DNA of 64,000 bases from an uncultured virus (IMG/VR IMGVR_UViG_3300034096_001156) (Duplodnaviria > Heunggongvirae > Uroviricota > Caudoviricetes), in the IMG/VR virus record IMGVR_UViG_3300034096_001156; one strand, given 5' to 3'. The notes below the pieces were generated by a model, which was not told where the DNA came from, searched no databases, and was given only the letters and a program-made list of their open reading frames with translations. Numbering within the stretch: position 1 is the first letter of the stretch; each line of letters starts with the position of its first letter. Below are positions 1-9,403 of the stretch, in pieces. The position numbers and the translations under genes were made by a program.

Positions 1-219
1 TTTTACCTCTACTTTGTTCAAGAGATTTTATTTCTGCTAATGTTTTTTTGATTGATTCTTTTTCATTGGCAAGCAATTCTCTTACTTTTTGAAAAAGAAT
101 CAATATTCTTTTGTCAATTTCTGTGATAGTTATAAGTCCCTCTTTATTTGAGGATTTTTTACGAAAGGCAAATATTAGGGATGCGATCAGAAACTTTAAC
201 AAATATACGAAAGGACTAT

Positions 220-492
220 CTAAGGAGATGCAGGATGAGGACTAACAAATACATGATATACCAATCCAGCTAGTTGATAAGTTCCAATGTATTGTCCTTT
301 TTTATCTATCCAATAGCTACCAGTATAGTAAGTCAAAATATCAAAAATCCTCTTAGGTTCTTCTGTTTCTACTAATGCCCAAAGTGTAGGAATATTATTC
401 TGCAACTGAACGCATAATATCTTTGCGTTTAAAGGCATTTCAATCTCGCAACAAGAAGTTGGATTTATAGGGTACTCCCAGATGGTTCTCAT
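220..492 (-). CDS. small phage hypothetical protein (DUF7352-like)
   Basis: MRTIWEYP...EMPLNAKILCVQLQ...LWALV...YIGTYQ...LVYHVF pattern common in phages. Confidence 0.55.
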   Translation of the reverse strand: MRTIWEYPINPTSCCEIEMPLNAKILCVQLQNNIPTLWALVETEEPKRIFDILTYYTGSYWIDKKGQYIGTYQLAGLVYHVFVSPHPASP

Positions 493-547
493 TGGTTTTT
501 TGGGTTAGTGTACATTGATCCGATAACCGATAACTGGCATTGTAGTA

Positions 548-751
548 TTACTCTGTTTTTTGCCACGGATTATCGCCTAATCCCCATTGATGTTTAAGAA
601 AAGCTTTGTACATATTTTCTCTGACCATCATTTGTTCGTAAAGCTTGATCAGGAAATCCTGCGCTTGCTCCTGACTCATTTTTTCTACCTGAGTCTGAAA
701 AGAACGAATGTTGAACTGTTGTTCTAAGGAAAGTTCGATAGGTTGAGGCAT
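548..751 (-). CDS. nblA: phycobilisome degradation protein NblA
   Basis: LSLEQQFNIRSFQTQVEKMSQEQAQDFLIKLYEQMMVRENMYK is the NblA signature. Confidence 0.95.
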   Translation of the reverse strand: MPQPIELSLEQQFNIRSFQTQVEKMSQEQAQDFLIKLYEQMMVRENMYKAFLKHQWGLGDNPWQKTE

Positions 752-766
752 AGCATTACTCCTAAA

Positions 767-961
767 TTAAAATTCAGACTCTTCTTTTTGAGGTTCAAAT
801 CTATTATCAAAGTCTTCCAACGTTTGTTTTAAGCAGTGATAAAAGCCGTTAAATTCGTCAAAAGGTTCCCAGTCTTTTTCGTGATGTTTAAGTAGCTTTC
901 TTGCTAACTCTGGTTCAATGGGAACATAGATGTAATCTTCTAGCGTGAATTTATCTTCCAC
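767..961 (-). CDS. hypothetical protein
   Basis: ORF with GGAG upstream, tightly packed in the operon. Confidence 0.55.
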   Translation of the reverse strand: MEDKFTLEDYIYVPIEPELARKLLKHHEKDWEPFDEFNGFYHCLKQTLEDFDNRFEPQKEESEF

Positions 962-1229
962 TGTCTAACTCCTCCCAGAAATTGTCAAAACAAGTGATTT
1001 TCATCTCTAATCTTCTGTCAAATAAATTCTGAAAATTAGGATTATCAATTTCTTTTTTTATTCTATCAGAGTATTCATGTACAAAAGAAATAATGTTTTC
1101 AAGGCTGATAGCATTGTTAGCTTCATCTTGATAATATTGTTCTTTTTGAGCATCCGACATTTTATCCCAAATTTGACTTCTTAATTTTATTAAGTCTTTT
1201 TTAAGGTTTTTTATTAGATTCGCATCCAT
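951..1229 (-). CDS. hypothetical protein
   Basis: ORF with GAGGTG RBS, in operon. Confidence 0.55.
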   Translation of the reverse strand: MDANLIKNLKKDLIKLRSQIWDKMSDAQKEQYYQDEANNAISLENIISFVHEYSDRIKKEIDNPNFQNLFDRRLEMKITCFDNFWEELDSGR

Positions 1230-1244
1230 ACCATAACACCTCTT

Positions 1245-1448
1245 TTAGATGATTATCTCTTTTTGATCGCCATTTTTTTCAAGTATTAACCGAGTATCTT
1301 TTTCTGCCTGAGATTTAGCGTACAAAGCCATAAACTTTAATCCTTTGCGAATAATTTCATCTCTCGATAAATTCAACTGCTGAGATATTTCTTCGAGATG
1401 TTCTGAGCTTTTCCCATTAAACTCTATTTGAAATTGTTTGATACTCAT
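1245..1448 (-). CDS. ribbon-helix-helix (CopG-like) protein
   Basis: FQIEF...LEEISQQLNLSRDEIIRKGL. Confidence 0.65.
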   Translation of the reverse strand: MSIKQFQIEFNGKSSEHLEEISQQLNLSRDEIIRKGLKFMALYAKSQAEKDTRLILEKNGDQKEIII

Positions 1449-1451
1449 GTT

Positions 1452-1697
1452 TTAGCTCTTTTTGATATACGATTCTTTGGGGTCTTCTGAGCCTAAATCA
1501 ACAACCCCCACTAAGTTTCTTGTCCAAGAATCAAGATTGATTAAATCATCCGTTAGGGAATGAAAGGTAGTTTCTGAGGGTACATTCTGACGAAAAACAC
1601 GCCCATATTCTAATGCTTTCTTAAAAGCCTCCTCATTAGAAATTGATCCAGAAAGATTATCTAACCAGGTTTCAGACTCTGATAAATTATTTTTCAT
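1452..1697 (-). CDS. hypothetical protein
   Basis: First ORF behind a TTGACA/TATAGT-type promoter at about 1730-1758. Confidence 0.5.
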   Translation of the reverse strand: MKNNLSESETWLDNLSGSISNEEAFKKALEYGRVFRQNVPSETTFHSLTDDLINLDSWTRNLVGVVDLGSEDPKESYIKKS

Positions 1698-1734
1698 AAT
1701 GTACTTACTTCCGAAATCTCCATAACTAAACTAT

Positions 1735-2238
1735 ATGGCTTCTTACTTGAATTGTCAAGAAAATCTTGGTACACTAAGATTAGAAAAATTTATATTAATA
1801 CAAATGTTCGACACTGCTATTGGAGTTGCGGGGAAATTTTTAGAAAATCCCACGATTAAGGCTAATGCCTCTCTATCCTTTTCTGTGGCTACAGGCTCTA
1901 CCATGACTACCGATGCCGTTGGTAATCCAGTTATGCGAGCATCTTCTATAGAGTCTTTAGTAATTGCCTGTTGGTTGCAACAGTCAAAACCGCCTGTGGC
2001 AGAAGTACAAGAAGGTAGTTATCTCGATTGTGAATATTTTGAGGGAAGATTGGTAAAGCCTAAAGATTACCCGTTCCCAATTCAGGCTACAGGGGAATTG
2101 CAAGTAACAATTAATGGCAGAATCGGTATTGTTAGACAGTTAAATGTGTTTGAGTCTCCGACAAGCCAGCAGCTAGGAATTGTCGCAAAACTAGGACGGA
2201 GAATTAAACTTTATGCAAGATTTGATCAAGGTAGTTAA
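1735..2238 (+). CDS. hypothetical protein, possibly head-closure-like (start probably ATG near 1805)
   Basis: Beta-rich ORF with TTDAVGNPV motif reminiscent of head-tail joining proteins; lone + strand gene. Confidence 0.4.
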   Translation: MASYLNCQENLGTLRLEKFILIQMFDTAIGVAGKFLENPTIKANASLSFSVATGSTMTTDAVGNPVMRASSIESLVIACWLQQSKPPVAEVQEGSYLDCEYFEGRLVKPKDYPFPIQATGELQVTINGRIGIVRQLNVFESPTSQQLGIVAKLGRRIKLYARFDQGS

Positions 2239-2408
2239 TTACTGGAACCTTTTAAGTAGCCGAGGTATCCTGAAACAATTGCCACGATAACATTGCCGTA
2301 GGTGTCAGTAGTTTCAGGAGTAAAAAAAGAATGAATCAAGCAGGCGAAAACAATTAAAACACAGACAATAGACGGGTCTAACTTAAGATATGACATTGCT
2401 GTTATCAT
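2235..2408 (-). CDS. small two-TM membrane protein, holin candidate (not in ORF track)
   Basis: Translated by hand: MITAMSYLKLDPSIVCVLIVFACLIHSFFTPETTDTYGNVIVAIVSGYLGYLKGSSN. Confidence 0.45.
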   Translation of the reverse strand: MITAMSYLKLDPSIVCVLIVFACLIHSFFTPETTDTYGNVIVAIVSGYLGYLKGSSN

Positions 2409-2793
2409 CCTCTATAAAAATTTTCTTTAGAATTGGTTTATCACTAATTGTTAACTTTAATTCGTCTTGGTTCCATTTTGTGAATATTAAATCGTATCCA
2501 TAAATATATTTTAAACTGTCATCGACAATAACTCCCGCCTTTTTCAGTCCGTCATTAACGTATTTTGCGCTACCACAAACATTATCGGGGTCACGCCCAA
2601 AGTTTTTAATTCGCCATTCGTAAAGCATCCATACTTTGTCAGGAAAACGTGGAATTTTTTGTTCTATAATAAGTTTTTGTATATTAAAGTCCCATTCTTT
2701 TTTAGTAGTTGCGCTTTTAAATTTATTTGCACGAGCTAATCTTATTTGATCATTAAGAGTCGGCGGAAGTGGACAGATAAAAATCGCTTTCAT
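2383..2793 (-). CDS. RusA-like Holliday junction resolvase
   Basis: PLPPTLN...RDPDN...KYVNDGL..AGVIVDD motif. Confidence 0.8.
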   Translation of the reverse strand: MKAIFICPLPPTLNDQIRLARANKFKSATTKKEWDFNIQKLIIEQKIPRFPDKVWMLYEWRIKNFGRDPDNVCGSAKYVNDGLKKAGVIVDDSLKYIYGYDLIFTKWNQDELKLTISDKPILKKIFIEDDNSNVIS

Positions 2794-3509
2794 AATCTTA
2801 TTGGGCGATACTTTTTAAATATCATTAGCAAATCATCAGGAATTGTACCAAGTTGACCAGTTCCGTAGTTGATTTTTACCTCTTCAAAAGGTAACTCAAC
2901 TGACGAAACACCCTTAAAAGAACCCGTATTGCATACCCAATCTAAAACACGACCAAAAGCCGCTTTTATCTCTCTTGTTTGTCGGGTATCTTGGGTAAAA
3001 TCAATGCCACTGGAATACTCTACATCAGCCTCAGAAAACTCAGGATATGGTTCCCGACTGTAGCCACGATAGCCGCCATATCCCCACGATCTACCAATTG
3101 CTGTAGATAAGTGAATTTGCCCGTCTATATCGATTATGTAGTCGTTAGAACCTAAAATTTGCCAACTATCGGGAGCGATAGCCCGATTAAATCCATCGGT
3201 AATATTGCCTAGTCTAGCTTTAATTATCGGAGCAGGATTGCTGATAATTGGAGTATTTATACTGACATAAGTTAATCTAAAATTTTGGAATTTTAGATTA
3301 ACTCTTAGTCTTTCCCGGTGACGGGTAATCTCTAAAGGTCGATCTGCCCCTCTATCGCCTTCAATGATTGATTGAACAAAGTAAATCGCACCAGTGACGG
3401 CATCTTCTGATAAAGATACTGATGGTGCGAAAATAGAGAGGTCATCAATGCTAAAAATCATTAGGAAATTTTGCTCAATAGAGGACAACTGGTGTCTTTG
3501 ACTGGACAA
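2790..3509 (-). CDS. putative head-tail connector/adaptor
   Basis: Downstream of capsid; VEYSSG...EIKAA...LFKKYR-type C-terminus. Confidence 0.5.
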   Translation of the reverse strand: MSSQRHQLSSIEQNFLMIFSIDDLSIFAPSVSLSEDAVTGAIYFVQSIIEGDRGADRPLEITRHRERLRVNLKFQNFRLTYVSINTPIISNPAPIIKARLGNITDGFNRAIAPDSWQILGSNDYIIDIDGQIHLSTAIGRSWGYGGYRGYSREPYPEFSEADVEYSSGIDFTQDTRQTREIKAAFGRVLDWVCNTGSFKGVSSVELPFEEVKINYGTGQLGTIPDDLLMIFKKYRPIRL

Positions 3510-3685
3510 AATGGACGATGATCGAGATCAGTTCTGAGTTGACCTTTACACCGATTACAGACTGGATAACCCAATGCCTTCAGATTGTTATAAGTAACTT
3601 CATTGGTTCCATTTGTCAGGGGAAGGTTTTTAGTTCCACCTGTCACAGTGGGTAAAGTTTCTTCGAGGGTTTCTTTGCTTGCCAT
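3461..3685 (-). CDS. small Cys-rich hypothetical protein
   Basis: CxxC...CP...CP; follows capsid gene. Confidence 0.5.
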   Translation of the reverse strand: MASKETLEETLPTVTGGTKNLPLTNGTNEVTYNNLKALGYPVCNRCKGQLRTDLDHRPFCPVKDTSCPLLSKIS

Positions 3686-3705
3686 AATTGTTAGAAAGAT
3701 AAAGT

Positions 3706-5649
3706 TTATACCGCTACATCTAGGGTGCGTAATTCAGCTACTCGTAACTGCTGAGAGGCTTCCCCAGTACCTACGGGATCGACATCTAAGGTTTTGTAGC
3801 CGAGCCACGCTAACCAAGTTGCGCGAATCCGACGATCAAATTGAGTGACATTATCAAAAGTGATTTGAAACGGCATCCCTACACCAACACCTAACGCACC
3901 GGCTCCAATTAAATAACCAGTACGGGTAGTTTTAGCACCTAAAGAACCGCCCAATGTTTCACTTTGAACACCGGGTTGACCAGCCGCTCCGACACCGACA
4001 CTATTGCCAGTTTCAAAAATATGGAATTTTTCTACCAACCCTAAATACGAGTTAACCCTTCCAGTATCCCCAGGGGGAATATAGGATGGATTGAGAATAT
4101 TTAGTAAAGCGTCAAGATCGCGAGTCGTATTTGCTTGCCAATCGTCATCATAACTCTCTTTTAATTGCAGAATTTGAGTCGAATTTAGGAATAACAAATA
4201 CGTCTGGTCAGGGTACATCTGGAACCTGTTATCGTGGGCGTATTGATATAATCGCCGCAAGAATCCTTTGGTAAAAGTTCCATCATCTCCTGTTGCCGAT
4301 AGTCCAGTGGGGGAAGTAACGAGACTGCCTTTTTTATTATACAAATGCAGTGACGTGCTATCAAGCATAGTTTTGATCATGGTATTATCAAAACTTGCAT
4401 AGTCGTAATACAGCGTATTTTGCATCCAATCAATCATCCCCATCGCACTAAAATATTCAGTGAAAGTTGGGATAGAAACAGGTCGGATTGCAGTAGAAGC
4501 ACCTACTTTACCGCGCCCATATTCAAAGATTTCTGCCGATACGCTAGACGCACTATTATTATCTGATTCAGAAGTCAGATCAGCATACTCACCCTTTCCT
4601 GATAGTTGATAATCGCTTACCGACGGGGAACTTGTTAGGTAATTTAATCGAGGAATTCGGATAACAGTTCCATTACGAGCCGTAAAGTCTAAGGCATAAT
4701 TAGGAATCTGCCAAAAGGCAAACCCAGGGATTTGAGTTTGACGGAGAATTGCTGACAAAGTGTCGAGAAAAAATGGGGGAAGATCAGCCGCAGTCGTTAG
4801 GCTATTTTTTGAAACTTGACCGCCCATTACAGGAGCCGAACGAGTCCCTCTGAACCAGCCTTGTTTGCGACCCCAATCATCTAAAGAGTTGACAATCTGT
4901 TGCCGGTTATTTTTAACATGGCGATCTAATCGTACTTTATCGTACAGGTTTACTGTCTGATTACCGCCCATTACAGGAGCCGAATAGATTACACCAGAAT
5001 TTTTCTGAATGTCTTCAATCAAATCAAAGGTTTCGTCAAGCGCACCTGTAATTTTATCAGCATCATGAGCGACGGTTTTGTTGAAGTTAGGGAACTGCAT
5101 TTTTTCTGGTGTTTGGCTACCGTAAAGCTTTCCTACGTCAGCAAAATTATTAATCGTCTTTTCCGACTCAGTGACTTTAGTTTCTAGTTGAGCGATTTTT
5201 TCATTAGATTTTTGGATAGCTTCCGAAGCAGAATTGAGAGAAGCTTCTAGAGTAGCTTTTGCAGTCTCAAACTGTTGCTTTTGGGCTTCTAATGCAGATT
5301 GTTTTTCCAATTCCATCGCTTGCTTTACCGAAGCTACGGTTTCTGCTACGGTGTTTTTGACAATCTCTTGAATCGCTTTAGAATCAAAGACTGGGACGGG
5401 AGTGGGATCAGGGTCGGAATTTTTAACTGGTACACCACTTCCAGAAGGCTTTAAATCACCTCGAAAAGTGGCTTTTTGAGTCAGGGTGTAGATTTCTTCT
5501 TGAGAAGGAGTATCAGTTCCTTCTGCTGAATCTTTAATAGCTACGGGAGTAACCCGTTTAATTTCTTTTAGGGTATTCATTACTGATTGCTGATCACTAA
5601 CTATTAGATATAATTGTACTACAGAACTTTCTGTTTTAGGTAAAAACAA
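3706..5649 (-). CDS. major capsid protein with N-terminal coiled-coil (scaffold-like) region; start probably near 5580
   Basis: Position after protease-like gene; coiled coil followed by GTVIRIPRL...YLLFLNSTQ...WLAWLG, consistent with HK97 fold. Confidence 0.7.
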   Translation of the reverse strand: MFLPKTESSVVQLYLIVSDQQSVMNTLKEIKRVTPVAIKDSAEGTDTPSQEEIYTLTQKATFRGDLKPSGSGVPVKNSDPDPTPVPVFDSKAIQEIVKNTVAETVASVKQAMELEKQSALEAQKQQFETAKATLEASLNSASEAIQKSNEKIAQLETKVTESEKTINNFADVGKLYGSQTPEKMQFPNFNKTVAHDADKITGALDETFDLIEDIQKNSGVIYSAPVMGGNQTVNLYDKVRLDRHVKNNRQQIVNSLDDWGRKQGWFRGTRSAPVMGGQVSKNSLTTAADLPPFFLDTLSAILRQTQIPGFAFWQIPNYALDFTARNGTVIRIPRLNYLTSSPSVSDYQLSGKGEYADLTSESDNNSASSVSAEIFEYGRGKVGASTAIRPVSIPTFTEYFSAMGMIDWMQNTLYYDYASFDNTMIKTMLDSTSLHLYNKKGSLVTSPTGLSATGDDGTFTKGFLRRLYQYAHDNRFQMYPDQTYLLFLNSTQILQLKESYDDDWQANTTRDLDALLNILNPSYIPPGDTGRVNSYLGLVEKFHIFETGNSVGVGAAGQPGVQSETLGGSLGAKTTRTGYLIGAGALGVGVGMPFQITFDNVTQFDRRIRATWLAWLGYKTLDVDPVGTGEASQQLRVAELRTLDVAV

Positions 5650-6355
5650 AAGTATTGGGACGGGAATCTATTAATCTTGCTTGGCGACAATTGCCACTGG
5701 CAACAAAACTGCATTCGATAGAATCCATTTTTCCAGAACGGCGATAGTAAGGGGTTAGCGTTTCTTCATCTACTAGCCCTGCCATATATGGGGGGTAGTG
5801 GGGACATTTAGGATCACTGTAGGGAATATCACAGATAGGACAAATCGACTCGCCATAAAAAATTCCCCCCATTGAAACATCGGCTTTTCTGCCATAGGAA
5901 ATTTCTGAAATAATCGGGTGAGTCGCTTCTGCAAATCCAAAGACCAAGACCTGATGATAGCCGTCTTTTTGGATTATTCGATAATCTTCGCTTGGATTAG
6001 GAGATTTTTCGAGGATTCGCACTATCCCTTCCTTGCTTACACGAGGCAAGGAATAAATAAAAGAATCATAGATCATCCCAAAAGTTTTGGTCTGATCTTC
6101 CCATTCATGATCGATCATCAAGGCGCATCCGGGATAACTAGCCACCATAGTTTCTAAAACATTTTTATCCCATACCTGGCCAGAACCGTGAATTAAGTTA
6201 TTTGAAGCAATTAAAGCAAATCGCATCAGTTCCGATGATTCCCACGGATCGAGTCCGTAGGGTTTGAATTGATTGATTAACGGCATCTCCTCGTCGGTAG
6301 GATGACGGGTCTGTAGCAATATCTCTAATTCAGCGCGGGTTAGTTTTAGTTCCAT
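5636..6355 (-). CDS. putative prohead protease
   Basis: DHEW...VSMG...CPIC...CPH...ECSFVASG; directly upstream of capsid. Confidence 0.6.
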   Translation of the reverse strand: MELKLTRAELEILLQTRHPTDEEMPLINQFKPYGLDPWESSELMRFALIASNNLIHGSGQVWDKNVLETMVASYPGCALMIDHEWEDQTKTFGMIYDSFIYSLPRVSKEGIVRILEKSPNPSEDYRIIQKDGYHQVLVFGFAEATHPIISEISYGRKADVSMGGIFYGESICPICDIPYSDPKCPHYPPYMAGLVDEETLTPYYRRSGKMDSIECSFVASGNCRQARLIDSRPNTFVFT

Positions 6356-6509
6356 GTCAATAAAAAATACTTATATAAATAATTCTATCTAAAGGCTTGA
6401 CGTTTGTGGTTGGTTGATCTATATTAATAGTGTCGTCTCCAACCGAAACCTATAAATATAAAATTTCAATACAAAATATTTGTCTCCATAGAAAGTGTAT
6501 AGCTGAGGA

Positions 6510-6540
6510 AACAACGCAGGGTATCAATCCTGCGTTTTTT
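6510..6540. terminator. intrinsic terminator-like hairpin
   Basis: AACGCAGG-loop-CCTGCGTT flanked by A/T runs. Confidence 0.5.
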
Positions 6541-7183
6541 ATTTCGTCCAGCCAAAGTTTAACGAAAGCATATTCTGGGTAGGTCGTGTCCTAGAGTTAG
6601 AAAAAATAAAGTAACAACCGCAATTAGCCCGACAAGTACATCTTTCAGTCGGTCGGGGGAGTGTTCCAATAGGCTGCCAACCGGCACTTTCATAAAAAAG
6701 ACACTCTTGGCAAGATTCTTTTTTGGTAATTATTCTCTTTTCCCACTTGTTGACTAGAGCGTGTCCTCTCCGGCTTCCCTCCTCAAAAGCTTCTCTAGAC
6801 TTGGCAACGTACTGTTTAGAGCGGTTGATTATTTGAGCCTCTGATTGAGTACCAAGAATAATATCACGGGAAAACTTTCTTAATCGTGCGTATTGTGTTC
6901 TAAGCATCTGACCAATTCTGCCATAGTCAGAAGCGTTCATATCGGGCTTACCAACTCGATAAAGCTGAATAGTTAGGTTTTTAATCTCGAAAGACATTTT
7001 CTCTTCCCACTCACTAACAGTTATTTTTTTCTCTAAAAGGTCACGGGTAAGTTTATCTGTTTTTTGAGTACGGGCATTAATAGTTTGTTGGGAGATTTGT
7101 CTAACTTTTTCAGTAGAGACAAATCTCCCCGTTCTATTGTCTCGATAGCGCCGAGTACCAGGGTTAAAAGAAAAATCACTCAT
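6539..7183 (-). CDS. phage head morphogenesis (MuF-like) protein
   Basis: RYRDNRTGRFVS N-terminus; CQEC...GWQPIGTLPRP..RCTCRANCGC. Confidence 0.65.
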   Translation of the reverse strand: MSDFSFNPGTRRYRDNRTGRFVSTEKVRQISQQTINARTQKTDKLTRDLLEKKITVSEWEEKMSFEIKNLTIQLYRVGKPDMNASDYGRIGQMLRTQYARLRKFSRDIILGTQSEAQIINRSKQYVAKSREAFEEGSRRGHALVNKWEKRIITKKESCQECLFYESAGWQPIGTLPRPTERCTCRANCGCYFIFSNSRTRPTQNMLSLNFGWTK

Positions 7184-7346
7184 AACTTATTTCAGGTTCT
7201 AATAGGTTTTTAAATTCATCATCCGGAGGTTTCTTTTTCCAGTCATCGATAGCTTTTTGGATGTCATCGGCTGTTACTTCGGCTCTCTCTAGTAATCGAC
7301 CAATTGGCTGTAGGTTTTTATCTTCTGGGTTAAATTTATCTGCCAT
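7176..7346 (-). CDS. hypothetical protein, 56 aa (not in ORF track)
   Basis: MADKFNPEDK... ORF overlapping the next start; N-terminus duplicated in the upstream ORF. Confidence 0.5.
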   Translation of the reverse strand: MADKFNPEDKNLQPIGRLLERAEVTADDIQKAIDDWKKKPPDDEFKNLLEPEISYE

Positions 7347-7353
7347 GATTACT

Positions 7354-7560
7354 TTATTCTAATTCTACTCTCGATGGTTTTATCGGGCTTTTCGATGCTT
7401 TAACAAATTTAGAGCGTCCAATGTCTTTATGAATCGGTTCTTGTAAAGAAGAAATTAATATTTCTGAGGGCAGTGGTTTTCGCATTTCCCATTCTTCTTT
7501 ACTCATCTTTTTGGTAAGTTTACTTGGCCTTTTATCTTCTGGGTTGAATTTATCTGTCAT
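7354..7560 (-). CDS. hypothetical protein
   Basis: ORF in operon. Confidence 0.5.
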   Translation of the reverse strand: MTDKFNPEDKRPSKLTKKMSKEEWEMRKPLPSEILISSLQEPIHKDIGRSKFVKASKSPIKPSRVELE

Positions 7561-7561
7561 A

Positions 7562-7786
7562 TTATTTGTCTCCTAATCCGTCATAAACTAATTCTTGGAT
7601 TTTTTCTGATTTATCAAGTTTAGCTTTTAGGTTGCGGTTTTTAATTTCTAACATTTTTATCTTTAATTTTAATGTTTCATAATCAAACATCAGGCTATCG
7701 TATGAGTCGGTTAATTCGGCGTATTCGGCTCTCAAGTCTTCGATACTCAAATCTTCGATAATAGCGTCAAAGTTATTGTTATTCAT
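7562..7786 (-). CDS. coiled-coil hypothetical protein
   Basis: Heptad pattern. Confidence 0.5.
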   Translation of the reverse strand: MNNNNFDAIIEDLSIEDLRAEYAELTDSYDSLMFDYETLKLKIKMLEIKNRNLKAKLDKSEKIQELVYDGLGDK

Positions 7787-8044
7787 GGATTTTCTCTTTA
7801 AATTAAATAATAACTCTTGACTGACAAGAAATAACTCTTGACAGTTCCCTAATCCACTTACGCTTCTGTTTCTGCTTTGTTAAGTTCACCGATCTGAGCT
7901 TTTAGCTTAGACACCTCATCTTTTAAAGCTTCAATAACTTCCAGTTCAGTCATGTTAACGACCTGACCATCATTAGAATCGGAAACAACATAAGCTTTTA
8001 GATTTGTCATAATTATCTCTTGGTTTTACTGTATTTTATCAAAT

Positions 8045-9403
8045 TTAAAACAGTTTTAACTGTAATGGAGAATTATCTATTATTTCCTCTATCGGTTCAT
8101 CTGGAATAGGTTCTATAGGTTGGTCTAGTCTGTTACAAGCTATCTGATAATATTCTAATTCTTTCTCGATACAGATATAATTTCTACCCAATTCTTTACA
8201 AGCTAATGCAGTAGTGCCAGAACCACAAAAAGGGTCTAAGACTGTCCCACCTGGCGGTAATCCTAATGTGATCAGGTATTTCATTAATGCTAGTGGTTTC
8301 ACCGTAGGATGAGTATTACCTTCACCGCGTTCGGATTTACTAGCTTTAGCGCAATAGAAAAAGCGGGCAGCAGAGCCTTCGCTAGATAGAAAATACCCTG
8401 TTTTTTGAGTCAACCCACGCTTAAAATCTACTACTGTTTTGTCACGCTTTATAACGTGAGGTTTAACCTTGCCTGACTTCTGATAAGGAAACAACCCCAC
8501 CACCTCCTCGCTGCCGTCGTGGATGAAGTTGGCAGGCCAGCGGCCGGTGAGCGCATCGCCGGTCCTGGTTCCGCGTTCTATACCATAGCTGCCATAAACC
8601 TTGTTCTCGCCGCCATAAGGGCGCTCAAGTCCGTCATTCGTCCCCACCCGACACCCATCGATATTAATCCCCCCAGTTCCCCACTGTAGGACATTCTCCG
8701 CGACCGTTCCGGTGAGAGGTTTACGAGCCACAATGATCGGTTCAAAGGCTGGCTTTAGAGCAGTCCCCCAGCCTTCCCATTGTTTTGCTTCGGGTGTGGC
8801 GGCGACGCTACTCATGTATTCCCCGCCGGCAAAATCACCTGCCATGTTGTTACGAGTGCTTCCGCTTTTTCCCGCAACGCCAACAACCTCCCGATTTGCT
8901 CCGCGTACTTTTCCTGTACTGTTACACACATTACAGATAGATAAATCTTGCAATCGTTCCCACTCTTTGCGTGTCCCACCATAGTCTTGAGTTTTTTTAA
9001 TCCACTCTTCCCATGACTCAAGTTCAGTGTTTTTACTAATACCATTACACGCAGGACATTCAACTACTGCAATTTTATCAATCGCCTTGCTCACATCCAG
9101 CGATTTCGGGAACCCCGACCCATAGACCCACATAATGGTATCTCTGATTTCCCAACCAGCGTCCTCGATCGCTACTGCCAATCGGTGAAAAGTACGAGTC
9201 CCACCAAAAGCAAATAGGTGCGCTCCTGGTTTAGCGACTCGTAAAGCTTCAATCCAAAACTGTACACCGGGTACACCATGATCCCAATCTTTACCCATGA
9301 ACGAAAGTCCATAGGGAGGATCGGTAAGGATTAAATCAATGGAATTATCAGGAATATTTTTTAAAACATCAAAACAATCACCGTGAATAATTTGATTAAT
9401 CAT
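8045..9403 (-). CDS. DNA N6-adenine/N4-cytosine methyltransferase (beta class)
   Basis: DPPY, HPTVKP, VLDPFCGSGTT. Confidence 0.92.
   Translation of the reverse strand: MINQIIHGDCFDVLKNIPDNSIDLILTDPPYGLSFMGKDWDHGVPGVQFWIEALRVAKPGAHLFAFGGTRTFHRLAVAIEDAGWEIRDTIMWVYGSGFPKSLDVSKAIDKIAVVECPACNGISKNTELESWEEWIKKTQDYGGTRKEWERLQDLSICNVCNSTGKVRGANREVVGVAGKSGSTRNNMAGDFAGGEYMSSVAATPEAKQWEGWGTALKPAFEPIIVARKPLTGTVAENVLQWGTGGINIDGCRVGTNDGLERPYGGENKVYGSYGIERGTRTGDALTGRWPANFIHDGSEEVVGLFPYQKSGKVKPHVIKRDKTVVDFKRGLTQKTGYFLSSEGSAARFFYCAKASKSERGEGNTHPTVKPLALMKYLITLGLPPGGTVLDPFCGSGTTALACKELGRNYICIEKELEYYQIACNRLDQPIEPIPDEPIEEIIDNSPLQLKLF

Noticed and set aside
4820..4984. 21-bp direct repeat CCGCCCATTACAGGAGCCGAA in the capsid gene
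   Set aside because: In-frame peptide duplication (SAPVMGG); only two copies and no evidence of further function
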